This document shows positions 27,537-37,842 of a stretch of DNA of 64,000 nt, one piece after another. Source of the stretch: Prevotellaceae bacterium UBA1743. GTDB lineage: Bacteria > Bacteroidota > Bacteroidia > Bacteroidales > Bacteroidaceae. Every line of letters starts with the position of its first letter. Position 1 is the first letter of the stretch. A model generated the notes under the pieces. The model ran no database searches. It was not told the DNA's origin and saw nothing but the letters and a program-made list of their open reading frames with translations. Location of the stretch: the NCBI GenBank assembly GCA_002314945.1, contig DCHV01000072.1:991-64990 (forward strand). The letters are read 5' to 3'. Position numbers and translations under genes: made by a program.

Positions 27537-29321
27537 TTACTTGTAAATAGGACCAAAATTTGCACAAGCGCGATAATCTGCGCCTTCCTTGTCCATACCG
27601 AAAGCATTCCATGCAGCAGGACGGAAGATGTCCTCAGCAGGCACATTGTGCATACATACGGGAATGCGGAGCATTGAACACATAGTGATAAGGTCGGCAC
27701 CCACGTGACCATAGGAGATGGCACCATGGTTGGCTCCCCAATTGTTCATTACCGAGTAGGCATTCTCGAAAGCACTTCCCTTCACGCCATTGCAACGAGG
27801 AGTGAACCACGTGCAGGGCCAAGTGGGATTGGTACGTTCCATGAGTGTATCGGTCACTTCATCAGGTAACTTCACAGTCCATCCTTCTGCAATCTGGAGA
27901 ACGGGGCCAAGGCCCTTTACTAAATTCAAACGAATCATGGTAGCAGGCATCTCTGCACGAGTTACATAATGACTTGAGAAACCACCACCACGGAAGTTAT
28001 CGAAACCAGCTTCACACCAGACAGTAGCCTGTGTCATCTTCTCGATGTCCTCGTCGGTCACCTCCCACCATTTCTTCATGGTAGGTTCTCCGTTCTCATC
28101 GCGGCATTCGCCACAAGCATCCAAACATGCAGCTCCAGAATTCAGCAAATGGATAATACCACCGTTTGCCAATGCCTTGCCTTCCAAATCATATCCAGTT
28201 ACACGCTTGGTAGCTTCGGGAGACCAGAATGTACGAACGTCCGCAAAAATCTGAGCACGATGAGTAAGTAAGCGCATGAACAGCATTCCAAGGCCGTTCA
28301 AAACGTCATTTTCTGTTGCCAGCGTATATGGTTCGCGAGCACCTTGATAGTCGAAAGTGGAAGAAAGGAAAGCCTCAGGATAATCGCAGTTGGGCCAATG
28401 GTCTGTCCACTGACGCTGTCCCTGGAATCCTCCCGCAATGGCATTGTGACCAAAACGCTCCTCATCAAAGATATCAGGCAAATTAGGATTGCCACGCATC
28501 AAATCCTTGATGATGAGATACATCTTCACGGTAAACTCCCACTGCTTCTCCTTTTGTTCGGGGGAGAACTTGACATGTGCCGGATTATCGTCACGACCCT
28601 CTTTGCAATGAGCCTTTGTCCATGCCAAAGCCTTCTCAAATTCGTCCTTGTCATAGATGCCTTCTTCCATTCGGCGAAGAACCTCTACCTCATCAACGGA
28701 TTCAACACGAAGGCCAAGATACTCCTCCATGAAAGCCTGATCGATGATGGATCCACCGATGCCCATACACTGGGAACCAATCTGCAAATAACTCTTTCCA
28801 CGCATAGAAACCACTGCAATGGCTGCACGGCCGAAACGAAGCAGACGTTCCTTTACATCCTCGGGAATTTCTGTAACCTGGTCGCGATCTTGCACCTCAT
28901 GTCCATAGATACCGAAAGCAGGCAGCCCTTTCTGTGCATAAGTGGCTAATACAGATGCCAAATAGACTGCTCCTGGACGCTCTGTACCATTGAAGCCCCA
29001 TACACCCTTGATGGTCGTTGGATCCATATCCATGGTCTCTGAACCATAGCACCAGCATGGAGTTACAGACAATGTAACGGCTACATTTTCACGCTTGAAC
29101 TTATCTGCACAAGCGGCCGACTCAGGCACACGACCGATGGATGTATCTGCCAAAACAACTTCGACAGGAGTGCCGTCAGAGTAAAATAGGTTGTTTTCAA
29201 ACAATTCCTTTGCGGCCTTAGCCATAGCCATAACCTGACCTTCCAAAGAATCTCTCAACTTCAAGGGTCCTTGACGTCCATCTATGATTGGACGAATACC
29301 AATTTTAGGATAGTTACTCAT
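27537..29321 (-). CDS. fucI: L-fucose isomerase
   Basis: 594 aa, colinear with E. coli FucI as I recall it. Shared motifs include [60 protein letters not shown] and the C-terminal YRAC.NFGP.YK. Confidence 0.92.
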   Translation of the reverse strand: MSNYPKIGIRPIIDGRQGPLKLRDSLEGQVMAMAKAAKELFENNLFYSDGTPVEVVLADTSIGRVPESAACADKFKRENVAVTLSVTPCWCYGSETMDMDPTTIKGVWGFNGTERPGAVYLASVLATYAQKGLPAFGIYGHEVQDRDQVTEIPEDVKERLLRFGRAAIAVVSMRGKSYLQIGSQCMGIGGSIIDQAFMEEYLGLRVESVDEVEVLRRMEEGIYDKDEFEKALAWTKAHCKEGRDDNPAHVKFSPEQKEKQWEFTVKMYLIIKDLMRGNPNLPDIFDEERFGHNAIAGGFQGQRQWTDHWPNCDYPEAFLSSTFDYQGAREPYTLATENDVLNGLGMLFMRLLTHRAQIFADVRTFWSPEATKRVTGYDLEGKALANGGIIHLLNSGAACLDACGECRDENGEPTMKKWWEVTDEDIEKMTQATVWCEAGFDNFRGGGFSSHYVTRAEMPATMIRLNLVKGLGPVLQIAEGWTVKLPDEVTDTLMERTNPTWPCTWFTPRCNGVKGSAFENAYSVMNNWGANHGAISYGHVGADLITMCSMLRIPVCMHNVPAEDIFRPAAWNAFGMDKEGADYRACANFGPIYK

Positions 29322-29370
29322 AATTTTTTGTTTTTATTTGTTGTCAGACAATTTTAATCATATTTGGCCA

Positions 29371-29378
29371 CAAAGATA
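29371..29378 (-). promoter_or_regulatory. -7 box TATCTTTG (minus strand) for the fucI operon
   Basis: The plus-strand sequence CAAAGATA is the reverse complement of TATCTTTG, ~50 nt upstream of the fucI start. Confidence 0.55.
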
Positions 29379-29473
29379 CACTTTCTTTTTCATTTCCTTA
29401 GTTTTTCATGCATATTTTTTTGGACACATCAATAATACTCCATAAATATGAGAGGGGAAAACAATTTTATTTT

Positions 29474-29481
29474 TACCTTTG
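29474..29481 (+). promoter_or_regulatory. -7 box TACCTTTG for the 29507 gene
   Basis: Matches TAnnTTTG. It lies inside the 5' extension of track ORF 29408, which argues for the ATG at 29507 as the true start. Confidence 0.6.
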
Positions 29482-29506
29482 TGACATAATTTTTATTTAT
29501 CCCATT

Positions 29507-32485
29507 ATGAAAAAAATAATTTGGGCAGTTGTTCTTCTCGTTATGAATGTCAATCCAATATGGGCACAGCCTCAGGGGAATGACCAGTATCAAACATATT
29601 CTCCAGATGGAATCCCGTTCAGAGTGGCCAATCAAGATTGGAATCCAGACAGTTTGGGGAATCATCGTGCAATAGTGGAAGTAGCAGGAAACACAGATGG
29701 CAAAGTGGCCGTAGCCACCCTAAAATGGAGGCGGCCTGACTTGAACCCAGCCAGCAAGGATGTGTTTGTATATACAGAGAAGGGACAAAAGGTGGAGAAT
29801 GTGTGTTGCGTGAAATGCGATGCAGAAGAAGGTACCATCTACTTCGAAGCGATTCAGGGTGGCGGCAAGTACTACTTGTACTATCTCCCCTATCACATGC
29901 GCATAGGATGGGGTGAAGGGCGAGGAGAACCTAACTGGAACGATTATTACCAGTATGACTCAGCCAAGGGTGAAAAATGGTTGAATAGTGTGAATGCCAA
30001 GGACGCCACGGCAGCACAAGTGATAGCATTCGAGTCACGCAACGATTTTGAATTCTTCTCCCAAATGGGAAATATCGCTACTGCCGAGGAAACACAGCAT
30101 TTGTTGGAACAACATCCGGAAAACCCAATCATCTTTACAGAAGACCGTTGTTTCCCCATTAGGCTGACCCGCCAGATGCCTGTCCGATGGGCCATGGAGA
30201 AACCCAGCGAATCCTTCCAAGGAATCGCCCACCGAAACGAATACTATGTGTGGCAAATCGCCTTATGGGCAGCCCGTCAAGGGCTGGAGGACGTAAAAGT
30301 CCGCTTCTCCGACCTGAAGATGCAAGGAAGTGACCACCTTATCCCCGCCAATGAACTGACCTGTTTCAACCAAGGTGGGCTGAATTGGGATGGTACACGT
30401 CTATATCACATGATAAAGATTCCAGAAGGACGTATCCAGAGCCTATGGTGTGGCGTCCAGATACCAGAAAAAGCAACGCCAGGCGAATACAAAGGAATTG
30501 TGACCATCACAGCCAAAGGAATGGAACCTCGTCAGGTAGATGTCAGACTGACCGTAAAAGACCAGATTCTCACAGAAAAGGGTGACAACGAACCATGGCG
30601 ATTGAGTCGTTTACGCTGGCTTGACTCGTCTATTGGATTGGATGATCACCCAGTGGCACCCTTCTCAGCCATGAAGCTTCAAGGGAAAACCATCAAAGCC
30701 ACAGAAAAAAGCATGACGATAGAGAATAACGGAATGCCAAAGTCCATTTCAGTGAATGGCCACGAGGTGTTATCGCGCCCCATTCAGGTAGAACTCGAGA
30801 CCAATGATGGAACTCTATGTATGAATGGAGGAAAACTGACAATTCAGCAGCAAGCCGATGGACTTGTCTGTTGGACCTCCCTTTGCCAACAAAAAGGAAT
30901 AGAAATGCTATGCCGGGGGCGTATGGAATTTGATGGACATGTACACTACGATGTGAGCCTCTCATCTGAACAAGCTATTGAACTACGCGACATCCGTTTC
31001 TGCACCCAATATTCCACGTATGCACAAGAGTATATGATGGGTGCAGGCTATAGTGGAGGACTGCGTCCCAAGACGCTCGAATGGGACTGGTCTGGTCCCT
31101 ACGATAGCTATTGGATGGGAGGTGCTGAAGCAGGTCTCCATTTTGAGTTTCGTGGTGGCACATACCATGGCCCACTCATCAGCGATTACAAGCCCTTGCC
31201 TCCCGCCTCATGGTCCAACCATGGTGAAGGCCGACTCTGCATGAGTGGAGAGAAAGAGGCCTGTGTAGTGACACATACTGGGAAGAAGCAACTCAACCAT
31301 ACACCACTCACCTTTGAGTTCGCCCTCGATATCACACCTCTGAAGCCCGTTGATACCAAACACCAGTTCGGAATGCGATTCTATCATAGTCCAGACAATA
31401 CCGATCAAGCTATCGAAAAGGGAGCAAACGTAATCAATATACATCATGCAACTAAGCTAAATCCTGTCATCAATTATCCCTTTATCGTACAGGAACCACT
31501 GAAAAAATTCATTCGTGAGAAACACGCCCAAGGAGTGAAAGTAAAATTGTACTATACAATTCGCGAACTAACCAACCACGTATCAGAAATATACGCGCTG
31601 AAAAGCTTAGGAAATGAAATATTCTCTGCAGGGATGGGTAATGGCGCTCCATGGTTGTGCGAGCACTTAGTCGAAGACTACCGACCTGCTTGGTACACGT
31701 CACTGGAGAACAACGTAGTAGATGCCTCGTGTGTACTCAGTCCTCATAGCCGATGGATAAACTATTATCTGGAAGGATTGCGTTGGATGCTGCAAAACTA
31801 TGAAATAGACGGTATTTATATGGATGATGTCTCTTTCGACCGAACCATCATGAAACGTATGAGAAAAATCATGGCCCAATATCGTCCTGAAGGCATCATT
31901 GATCTTCATTCCAACACGGGCTATTCCAAGGGGCCTGCTAATCAATATACTGATTTCTTCCCCTACGTAGATCGTTTATGGTTTGGTGAGTCATTCCGCT
32001 ATAACCAGATGCGTCCCGATGAATGGTTCGTGACCTTCTCGGGCATTCCTTTCGGTCCTATGAGCGAAATGCTTCAAGACGGTGGTAATCGTTTTCTCGG
32101 TACATTGTACGGAGCTACCACCCGTCTGGGATGCAGCGCACACTCCCCTGCTCCCGTCTGGAAAATTTGGAAGGAATTTGGCATAGAAGACGCCCGAATG
32201 TGTGGTTACTGGGACAAGCAATGCCCAATAACCACCTCTGATGACGAAGTGAAGGCTACAGCCTATTTACGTGACGGGAAGGCTCTCATCAGCATTGGTA
32301 ATTTTAGTGAATCGAACAAGGATATTACCCTGCATTTCGACTGGAAGGGATTGGGCATCAAAAAAGAAAAAGCAACCTTCAAATTCCCCGAAGTAGAGGA
32401 TTTCCAACCAGCGGGCACCTATGCTGAGGGTGAGACTATACACTTACCAGCAAAAGAAGGACGTTTCCTGTTAATTACACAATAA
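29507..32485 (+). CDS. Large secreted protein with a C-terminal TIM-barrel-like glycoside-hydrolase-like domain (family uncertain)
   Basis: Signal peptide MKKIIWAVVLLVMNVNPIWAQ at Met34 of the track ORF. The C-terminal region (IHHATKLNP...KVKLYYTIRELT...IDGIYMDDVSFDR) resembles glycoside-hydrolase-like barrels. I cannot assign a family by eye. Confidence 0.6.
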   Translation: MKKIIWAVVLLVMNVNPIWAQPQGNDQYQTYSPDGIPFRVANQDWNPDSLGNHRAIVEVAGNTDGKVAVATLKWRRPDLNPASKDVFVYTEKGQKVENVCCVKCDAEEGTIYFEAIQGGGKYYLYYLPYHMRIGWGEGRGEPNWNDYYQYDSAKGEKWLNSVNAKDATAAQVIAFESRNDFEFFSQMGNIATAEETQHLLEQHPENPIIFTEDRCFPIRLTRQMPVRWAMEKPSESFQGIAHRNEYYVWQIALWAARQGLEDVKVRFSDLKMQGSDHLIPANELTCFNQGGLNWDGTRLYHMIKIPEGRIQSLWCGVQIPEKATPGEYKGIVTITAKGMEPRQVDVRLTVKDQILTEKGDNEPWRLSRLRWLDSSIGLDDHPVAPFSAMKLQGKTIKATEKSMTIENNGMPKSISVNGHEVLSRPIQVELETNDGTLCMNGGKLTIQQQADGLVCWTSLCQQKGIEMLCRGRMEFDGHVHYDVSLSSEQAIELRDIRFCTQYSTYAQEYMMGAGYSGGLRPKTLEWDWSGPYDSYWMGGAEAGLHFEFRGGTYHGPLISDYKPLPPASWSNHGEGRLCMSGEKEACVVTHTGKKQLNHTPLTFEFALDITPLKPVDTKHQFGMRFYHSPDNTDQAIEKGANVINIHHATKLNPVINYPFIVQEPLKKFIREKHAQGVKVKLYYTIRELTNHVSEIYALKSLGNEIFSAGMGNGAPWLCEHLVEDYRPAWYTSLENNVVDASCVLSPHSRWINYYLEGLRWMLQNYEIDGIYMDDVSFDRTIMKRMRKIMAQYRPEGIIDLHSNTGYSKGPANQYTDFFPYVDRLWFGESFRYNQMRPDEWFVTFSGIPFGPMSEMLQDGGNRFLGTLYGATTRLGCSAHSPAPVWKIWKEFGIEDARMCGYWDKQCPITTSDDEVKATAYLRDGKALISIGNFSESNKDITLHFDWKGLGIKKEKATFKFPEVEDFQPAGTYAEGETIHLPAKEGRFLLITQ

Positions 32486-32488
32486 TTC

Positions 32489-33706
32489 ATGGTCATCGCA
32501 CTAACTCTTGCGCTCGTTGCCGCTATCCTTGTCATCCTTTTTCTGTACACACGTATGGTGAAGTTGAATGAAAGGGCTTCCATGCTCCAAACAAAGTTGA
32601 AAGATGAAGCAGAACATGCCCATCAAATCCACATGGAACAGGAATTGAGATGGCAGCAAAGCCTTTCCGCCGTGAGGGAGGAGTTGCAGAAAGTGTCCAT
32701 GCAACAAATTTCAGCCGGAAAATCCGCTCTGCAAGAACAGAACCGGCAACAGATGGACACACTCCTTCAACCCATTCGCGACCAGTTTGACCTCCTGCAC
32801 AAAATTGTTCATGAGAACAGCACTCAAAATGAGGTGAACAAACAGGAACTGAAGACAACCTTTGAATCAACACTAAAACTTTTCCAACTTCAGCAACAGT
32901 CGGCAGTCGAGTCACTCCGGCTGCAAACAGAACGAATCGGGACAGATGCAAACAACCTGACAAAAGCACTGAAAGGTGATAATAAGGTTCAAGGCGATTG
33001 GGGCGAAATGGTATTGGAAACCCTCCTGGAGAATAGCGGACTGCACCGCGATGAGGAATACTTTGTACAACAAAACTGCAAGGACGAACAAGGAGGGAAT
33101 AACCGACCCGACGTAATCGTGCGATTCCCCGAAGGACGAAGCGTGGTCATCGACTCGAAAGTGTCTCTAACAAACTACACGGATGCCATAGCAGCTCAGG
33201 AGGAAAAGACACGAGACCATTTGCTTCAAGAACATGCCAGAAGCGTGCGACGACATATTGATGAACTGGCTGCCAAAAAATACGACACACTGGTAGAGGA
33301 TGCTATCGGCTTTGTCTTGATGTTTGTCCCCAACGAAAATAGTTACATCGCGGCAATGAAACAACAACCCGATCTAAGTCGCTACGCCTATCAGAAACAC
33401 ATCATAGTCATCTCGCCAAGCAACCTGATGATGGCGTTGCAATTAGCCTATAACCTCTGGCAATATGACCGTCAGAACAAAAACGTGGAAAAGATAGTCA
33501 AGACAGCAGCTGATCTCTACGACAAGGTGGCTGGTTTCGCTGATTCGTTTGCGGAAATAGACAGCCAACTGAAAAAACTGGAACAGACGTACCAAACCGC
33601 GCGCGAACGCCTATACGATGGGAAAGGAAATGTAATGAGGCGTGTGGAGTCGTTGCGAGAAATGGGAGTGAACCCCAAGAAACAGTTATCCTTTCAAGAC
33701 AATTAA
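32489..33706 (+). CDS. rmuC: DNA recombination protein RmuC
   Basis: N-terminal TM helix, a long coiled coil, then GDWGEMVLETLLENSGL...RPDVIVRFPEGRSVVIDSK, characteristic of RmuC. Confidence 0.85.
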   Translation: MVIALTLALVAAILVILFLYTRMVKLNERASMLQTKLKDEAEHAHQIHMEQELRWQQSLSAVREELQKVSMQQISAGKSALQEQNRQQMDTLLQPIRDQFDLLHKIVHENSTQNEVNKQELKTTFESTLKLFQLQQQSAVESLRLQTERIGTDANNLTKALKGDNKVQGDWGEMVLETLLENSGLHRDEEYFVQQNCKDEQGGNNRPDVIVRFPEGRSVVIDSKVSLTNYTDAIAAQEEKTRDHLLQEHARSVRRHIDELAAKKYDTLVEDAIGFVLMFVPNENSYIAAMKQQPDLSRYAYQKHIIVISPSNLMMALQLAYNLWQYDRQNKNVEKIVKTAADLYDKVAGFADSFAEIDSQLKKLEQTYQTARERLYDGKGNVMRRVESLREMGVNPKKQLSFQDN

Positions 33707-33723
33707 CAAACATTATCACATAA

Positions 33724-36243
33724 ATGAATAAGTATTCTTTATCATTACTCTTTTTGCTGTTCGTATTCTTTGCGAAAGCACAAGACCCTGTGAGGGTTAG
33801 AGTAGCATGTGTCGGCAATAGTATCACATACGGCGCAGGAATTGATCGACGTTTCCAAAACAGTTACCCGGCCTATCTGCAACAGTTTATGGGAGCATCC
33901 TATGATGTACGAAACTTTGGCGTTAATGGTCGCGTAATGCTGCACAGAGGGGACTATCCCTTCATTGCTGATGAGAACTACCGACAACTTCTTGACTTCA
34001 ATCCTGATATCGTAGTCATGAAACTTGGCACCAACGATAGCAAGCCTTGGAACTGGATATACAAGGAGGATTTCGAGGGAGACATGACTGCTTTCATCCA
34101 TACATTGAAAGCATTACCCGCCCATCCTAAGATTTATGCATGTCTGCCTGTTCCTGCCAAGGAATGCCCATCGGGCATAACAGATAGCGTCATAGTGGAT
34201 GGAGTCATCCCTGCTATTCGTAGAGTGGCTGAGCGCGAGGAACTCCCCATTATCGACCTTTACAAAAGTATGGAACCCTATTACCCAAAATTGTTTCCTG
34301 ACAAAATCCATCCCAATGCAGAAGGTGCCGCTGTAATGGCAGGTATGATATACAAAGAACTAACTGGCAATGAAGCACCTGAAGCACACTCTCCCCAACA
34401 GGCTTTTCCTGGTAGAAAGTCTGAATGGAACGGCTGCAACCGATACGATTTCGTATTGGCAGGCCGTGATTGCATCGTAGTAACGCCCAAAAATCCTGCC
34501 CCAGGCAATCCTTGGATTTGGCGTCCCGCTTTCTTTGATGCGTTTCCTCCCGTGGACAAAGCTCTTTTGGAGAAAGGTTTCCACATCACCTATATGGATC
34601 TGACACACCTCTATGGGACACCACGAGCCGTAGAATTGGGCAACATGTTCTACAACACCCTGTGCCACGATTATGGATTGTCCAATCGTGTGGTGGTAGA
34701 GGGATTGAGCCGTGGCGGCTACTACACCTTCAATTGGGCAGCAGCCAACCCCGACAAAGTAGCCTGTCTGTATGTAGATGCCCCCGTTTGTGATTTGACA
34801 AGTTGGCCAGGCAAACAAAAGAACCCCGAATTGTGGGATGCCCTTCTCAAAGAATGGGACGTGGAAGACGTGCAATCTGAAGAAGGCTTTTGTGGCAATG
34901 CTTTATGCAAAGTAAATACCCTCGTCGAAAATCACATTCCCGTGATGGCCGTGTGCGGACTTGCTGACGATGTTGTGCCTTATTCCGACAATTTCCAGAA
35001 AGTTGGACGTGCGATGCAAGAACGTGGCGGAATCGTAGAACAGATCTTGAAGCCAGGTTGTGGTCATCATCCACACAGCCTGGAGAATCCCGAACCCGTA
35101 GTGGATTTCATTCTACGTTACCAAAATGGATACACCGACACACAAAGCATACAAAAACGCAGTTTGCTTACCAATGCCTTCCACCGCTTCTACGAGGAGA
35201 AAAAGGGAGTCGTAGCTTTCCTTGGCGGTTCCATAACCGAGATGAATGGATGGCGCAATATGATAGAAGAGGACTTAAAACAACGTTTTCCTGAAACAGA
35301 ATTTACTTTTATCGAGGCTGGCATCGCTTCTACAGGATCAACGCCTCATGCATTTCGATTTGAAAAGGATATCCTACAACAAGGAACTCCTGACCTAATG
35401 TTCTTTGAGGCTGTTGTCAATGACGACTGCAACGGCTTCGACACGAAGGCACAGACACGAGGAACAGAGGGAGTTATACGTCATGCACTGAAGGCCAATC
35501 CCAATATGGACATTGTAATGATGCACTTCATTCACGATGGTTTCCTACCTGTACTAAAGGAGGGACGTGTTCCTGATGTGATACGTAACCATGAGTGGGT
35601 AGCCAATTATTACAATCTACCATCCCTGAATCTAACTCAAGAAGTGTGGAACAGGATGCAACGTGGAGAATTCAGTTGGGAAGAATTCGGAGGTACTCAT
35701 CCTGCGCCTTTGGGACACCGTGTATATACAGCCACTATCAATCGACTCTTCGATTTTACAGCCTTGGCTATGCCTGAACATAAACAGATTGCGGCTCACC
35801 CGATACCCGAACATCCGTTGGATGACTTTAATTATGAAGGCGGACATTTTATTCCTCTCAGCGAAGCAACCCACCTGAAAGGATTCCAAGTACAAGAAGA
35901 CTGGGCACCCAAGGAGCAAATCGGCACTCGCGAAGGATTCGTGCATGTTCCTATGTTGACCGCTGAAACAAGCGGTGCCTCATTCCGCTTATCCTTTACT
36001 GGTTGTGCTGTCGGCATTTTCTGTGTGTCAGGTCCTCATGCTTGTGTGCTGGAATACCGTACCGACCATGGTAAATGGAAAAAACTAAATACGGCCACAC
36101 AGTGGAGTTCCTATTTATACATTCCTTGGGTATATATGCTGGAAACCGAACTGAAGAACAAAAAACACATTCTGGAAGTACGAGTGGCAAAAGGAGACGC
36201 CACTGAATGTCAAATACGTAATTTCGTCGTTAACACAAAATAA
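33724..36243 (+). CDS. Multidomain carbohydrate esterase: SGNH + alpha/beta-hydrolase-like + second SGNH domain
   Basis: Signal peptide. First GDSL/SGNH block VACVGNSITYGAG...GTNDSK...DKIHPNAEG. Second block VAFLGGSITEMNGW...VVNDD...THPAPLGH. Confidence 0.75.
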   Translation: MNKYSLSLLFLLFVFFAKAQDPVRVRVACVGNSITYGAGIDRRFQNSYPAYLQQFMGASYDVRNFGVNGRVMLHRGDYPFIADENYRQLLDFNPDIVVMKLGTNDSKPWNWIYKEDFEGDMTAFIHTLKALPAHPKIYACLPVPAKECPSGITDSVIVDGVIPAIRRVAEREELPIIDLYKSMEPYYPKLFPDKIHPNAEGAAVMAGMIYKELTGNEAPEAHSPQQAFPGRKSEWNGCNRYDFVLAGRDCIVVTPKNPAPGNPWIWRPAFFDAFPPVDKALLEKGFHITYMDLTHLYGTPRAVELGNMFYNTLCHDYGLSNRVVVEGLSRGGYYTFNWAAANPDKVACLYVDAPVCDLTSWPGKQKNPELWDALLKEWDVEDVQSEEGFCGNALCKVNTLVENHIPVMAVCGLADDVVPYSDNFQKVGRAMQERGGIVEQILKPGCGHHPHSLENPEPVVDFILRYQNGYTDTQSIQKRSLLTNAFHRFYEEKKGVVAFLGGSITEMNGWRNMIEEDLKQRFPETEFTFIEAGIASTGSTPHAFRFEKDILQQGTPDLMFFEAVVNDDCNGFDTKAQTRGTEGVIRHALKANPNMDIVMMHFIHDGFLPVLKEGRVPDVIRNHEWVANYYNLPSLNLTQEVWNRMQRGEFSWEEFGGTHPAPLGHRVYTATINRLFDFTALAMPEHKQIAAHPIPEHPLDDFNYEGGHFIPLSEATHLKGFQVQEDWAPKEQIGTREGFVHVPMLTAETSGASFRLSFTGCAVGIFCVSGPHACVLEYRTDHGKWKKLNTATQWSSYLYIPWVYMLETELKNKKHILEVRVAKGDATECQIRNFVVNTK

Positions 36244-36253
36244 TAGCACAGAT

Positions 36254-37819
36254 ATGAAACGAACATTCCTATTAGTAGCAATTACCATCCTTGCTGCGGT
36301 ACAGACTCAGGGAAAAGTAGTTCTTCCCAGTATCTTTACCAACAACATGGTACTGCAACAGCAACGTGAACTGAAAATAAAAGGCAAGGCAACTCCTGAA
36401 AGCAAAGTTACGCTCAAGGTTGGTTGGCAACGTGACATTGTTACTACCCAGACAGACTCTGAAGGAAACTTCATTATCGAAATACACACTCCGAAAGCAG
36501 GTGGCCCCTATACCCTTACTTTTAGCGATGGAGAAGATACCACATTGGACAATGTGCTCATAGGTGAGATATGGTTGGGCAGCGGCCAAAGTAACATGGA
36601 TGAGAGCATGAACGGATACTCGTGGGGTGATTCCATCGACAATCACCTGCAGGAAATTCATGATGCGAACTATCCCCAAATCCGATTATTCCATGTAGGA
36701 ATCGTAAACGATTTCAACCGACATGATTCTTTCCAATTGCCAGTACTGATGAACGGATGGCAAGAATGCGCTCCTCAAACAGTAGAGAATTTCAGTGCAA
36801 CAGGTTACTTTTTTGCTCTTCATCTATGGGAATCCCTACGCATACCCATCGGCATCATTCATGATGCCTGTGGTGGATCACGTATTGAGCCGTGGGTGCG
36901 TACCGAGGTGTTGGAAGGCGTATATGGATGCGATTATAAGATTGATTTCATAAAGTCAAAGAATAATGACTTGGAGACCCTGAAGAGTATATTTCAAGCC
37001 AAAAAGACTTTGGCAAGCCAAGGGCTAATGGAACAGCCCAAATGGGAAGAGGAACCAAATACAATGAATTTCCCAGGTGGTTTTTGGAATGCCATGATAC
37101 AACCACTGGTGGACTTTCCCATGCGTGGTTTCATTTGGTATCAAGGTTGCAGCAACGTTTCGAAGAATGACGTGGGCGGAAAGACCCGTGTGAACAATGC
37201 TGATTCCTATGAGGCATGTTTCCAGGCCATGATTGAAGACTGGCGCGAACAATTTGGCCAACCCGAGATGCCCTTCTACTTTATGCAGTTGGCAAATTTT
37301 CGTAGCCGTCATGAATTACAACCTCAATCAGAATGGGCTGCCTTGCGCGAAGCACAAGCCGCTGCCCTACGTTTACATAACACAGGTATGGCTGTAAATA
37401 TCGATGCGGGCGACTCTCTTTGCATCCATCCCTCCTGCAAACGAGAGATGTCTCGACGTCTTGCTGCCATCGCACTAAACCAAACGTATGGTATGAAAAA
37501 AGTACCATATACCGCACCTGTTTACAAAAGTTATCAAGTGAAAGGGAACGAACTACACATTCAGTTTGACTATCCTTCTGGAAGCGAGCCATTTGTTCAA
37601 AGCGAAAATCTGACAGGTTTCACCATTGCTGGTTCAGATAGAATATGGCACGTAGCAAAAGCCTGTACGCATGGGAACGAGGTCATAGTTACTTGTCCCG
37701 ATGTGAAGGTACCCTTGGCAGCACGATACGGATGGGCTGACAATCCCGAATGTACGCTACACACAATGGGTAACTTCTATGTGGCTCCTTTCCGTACTGA
37801 CAACTGGCCCACAGAGTGA
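36254..37819 (+). CDS. Sialate O-acetylesterase-like (SASA/DUF303) carbohydrate esterase, copy 1
   Basis: LPSIFTNNMVLQQ, GEIWLGSGQSNM and GFIWYQG motifs. Paralogous to 59337..60851. Confidence 0.8.
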   Translation: MKRTFLLVAITILAAVQTQGKVVLPSIFTNNMVLQQQRELKIKGKATPESKVTLKVGWQRDIVTTQTDSEGNFIIEIHTPKAGGPYTLTFSDGEDTTLDNVLIGEIWLGSGQSNMDESMNGYSWGDSIDNHLQEIHDANYPQIRLFHVGIVNDFNRHDSFQLPVLMNGWQECAPQTVENFSATGYFFALHLWESLRIPIGIIHDACGGSRIEPWVRTEVLEGVYGCDYKIDFIKSKNNDLETLKSIFQAKKTLASQGLMEQPKWEEEPNTMNFPGGFWNAMIQPLVDFPMRGFIWYQGCSNVSKNDVGGKTRVNNADSYEACFQAMIEDWREQFGQPEMPFYFMQLANFRSRHELQPQSEWAALREAQAAALRLHNTGMAVNIDAGDSLCIHPSCKREMSRRLAAIALNQTYGMKKVPYTAPVYKSYQVKGNELHIQFDYPSGSEPFVQSENLTGFTIAGSDRIWHVAKACTHGNEVIVTCPDVKVPLAARYGWADNPECTLHTMGNFYVAPFRTDNWPTE

Positions 37820-37842
37820 TACCCTGCGAGAGCGTAATAGAT

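Noticed and set aside
29408-29506. N-terminal extensions of track ORFs (29408, 37816, 50482, 51033, 51839)
   Set aside because: The extensions contain promoter boxes or overlap the upstream gene, and they lack signal-peptide or domain content. Internal ATGs (29507, 37843, 50443, 51084, 51965) restore canonical N-termini and start/stop coupling.
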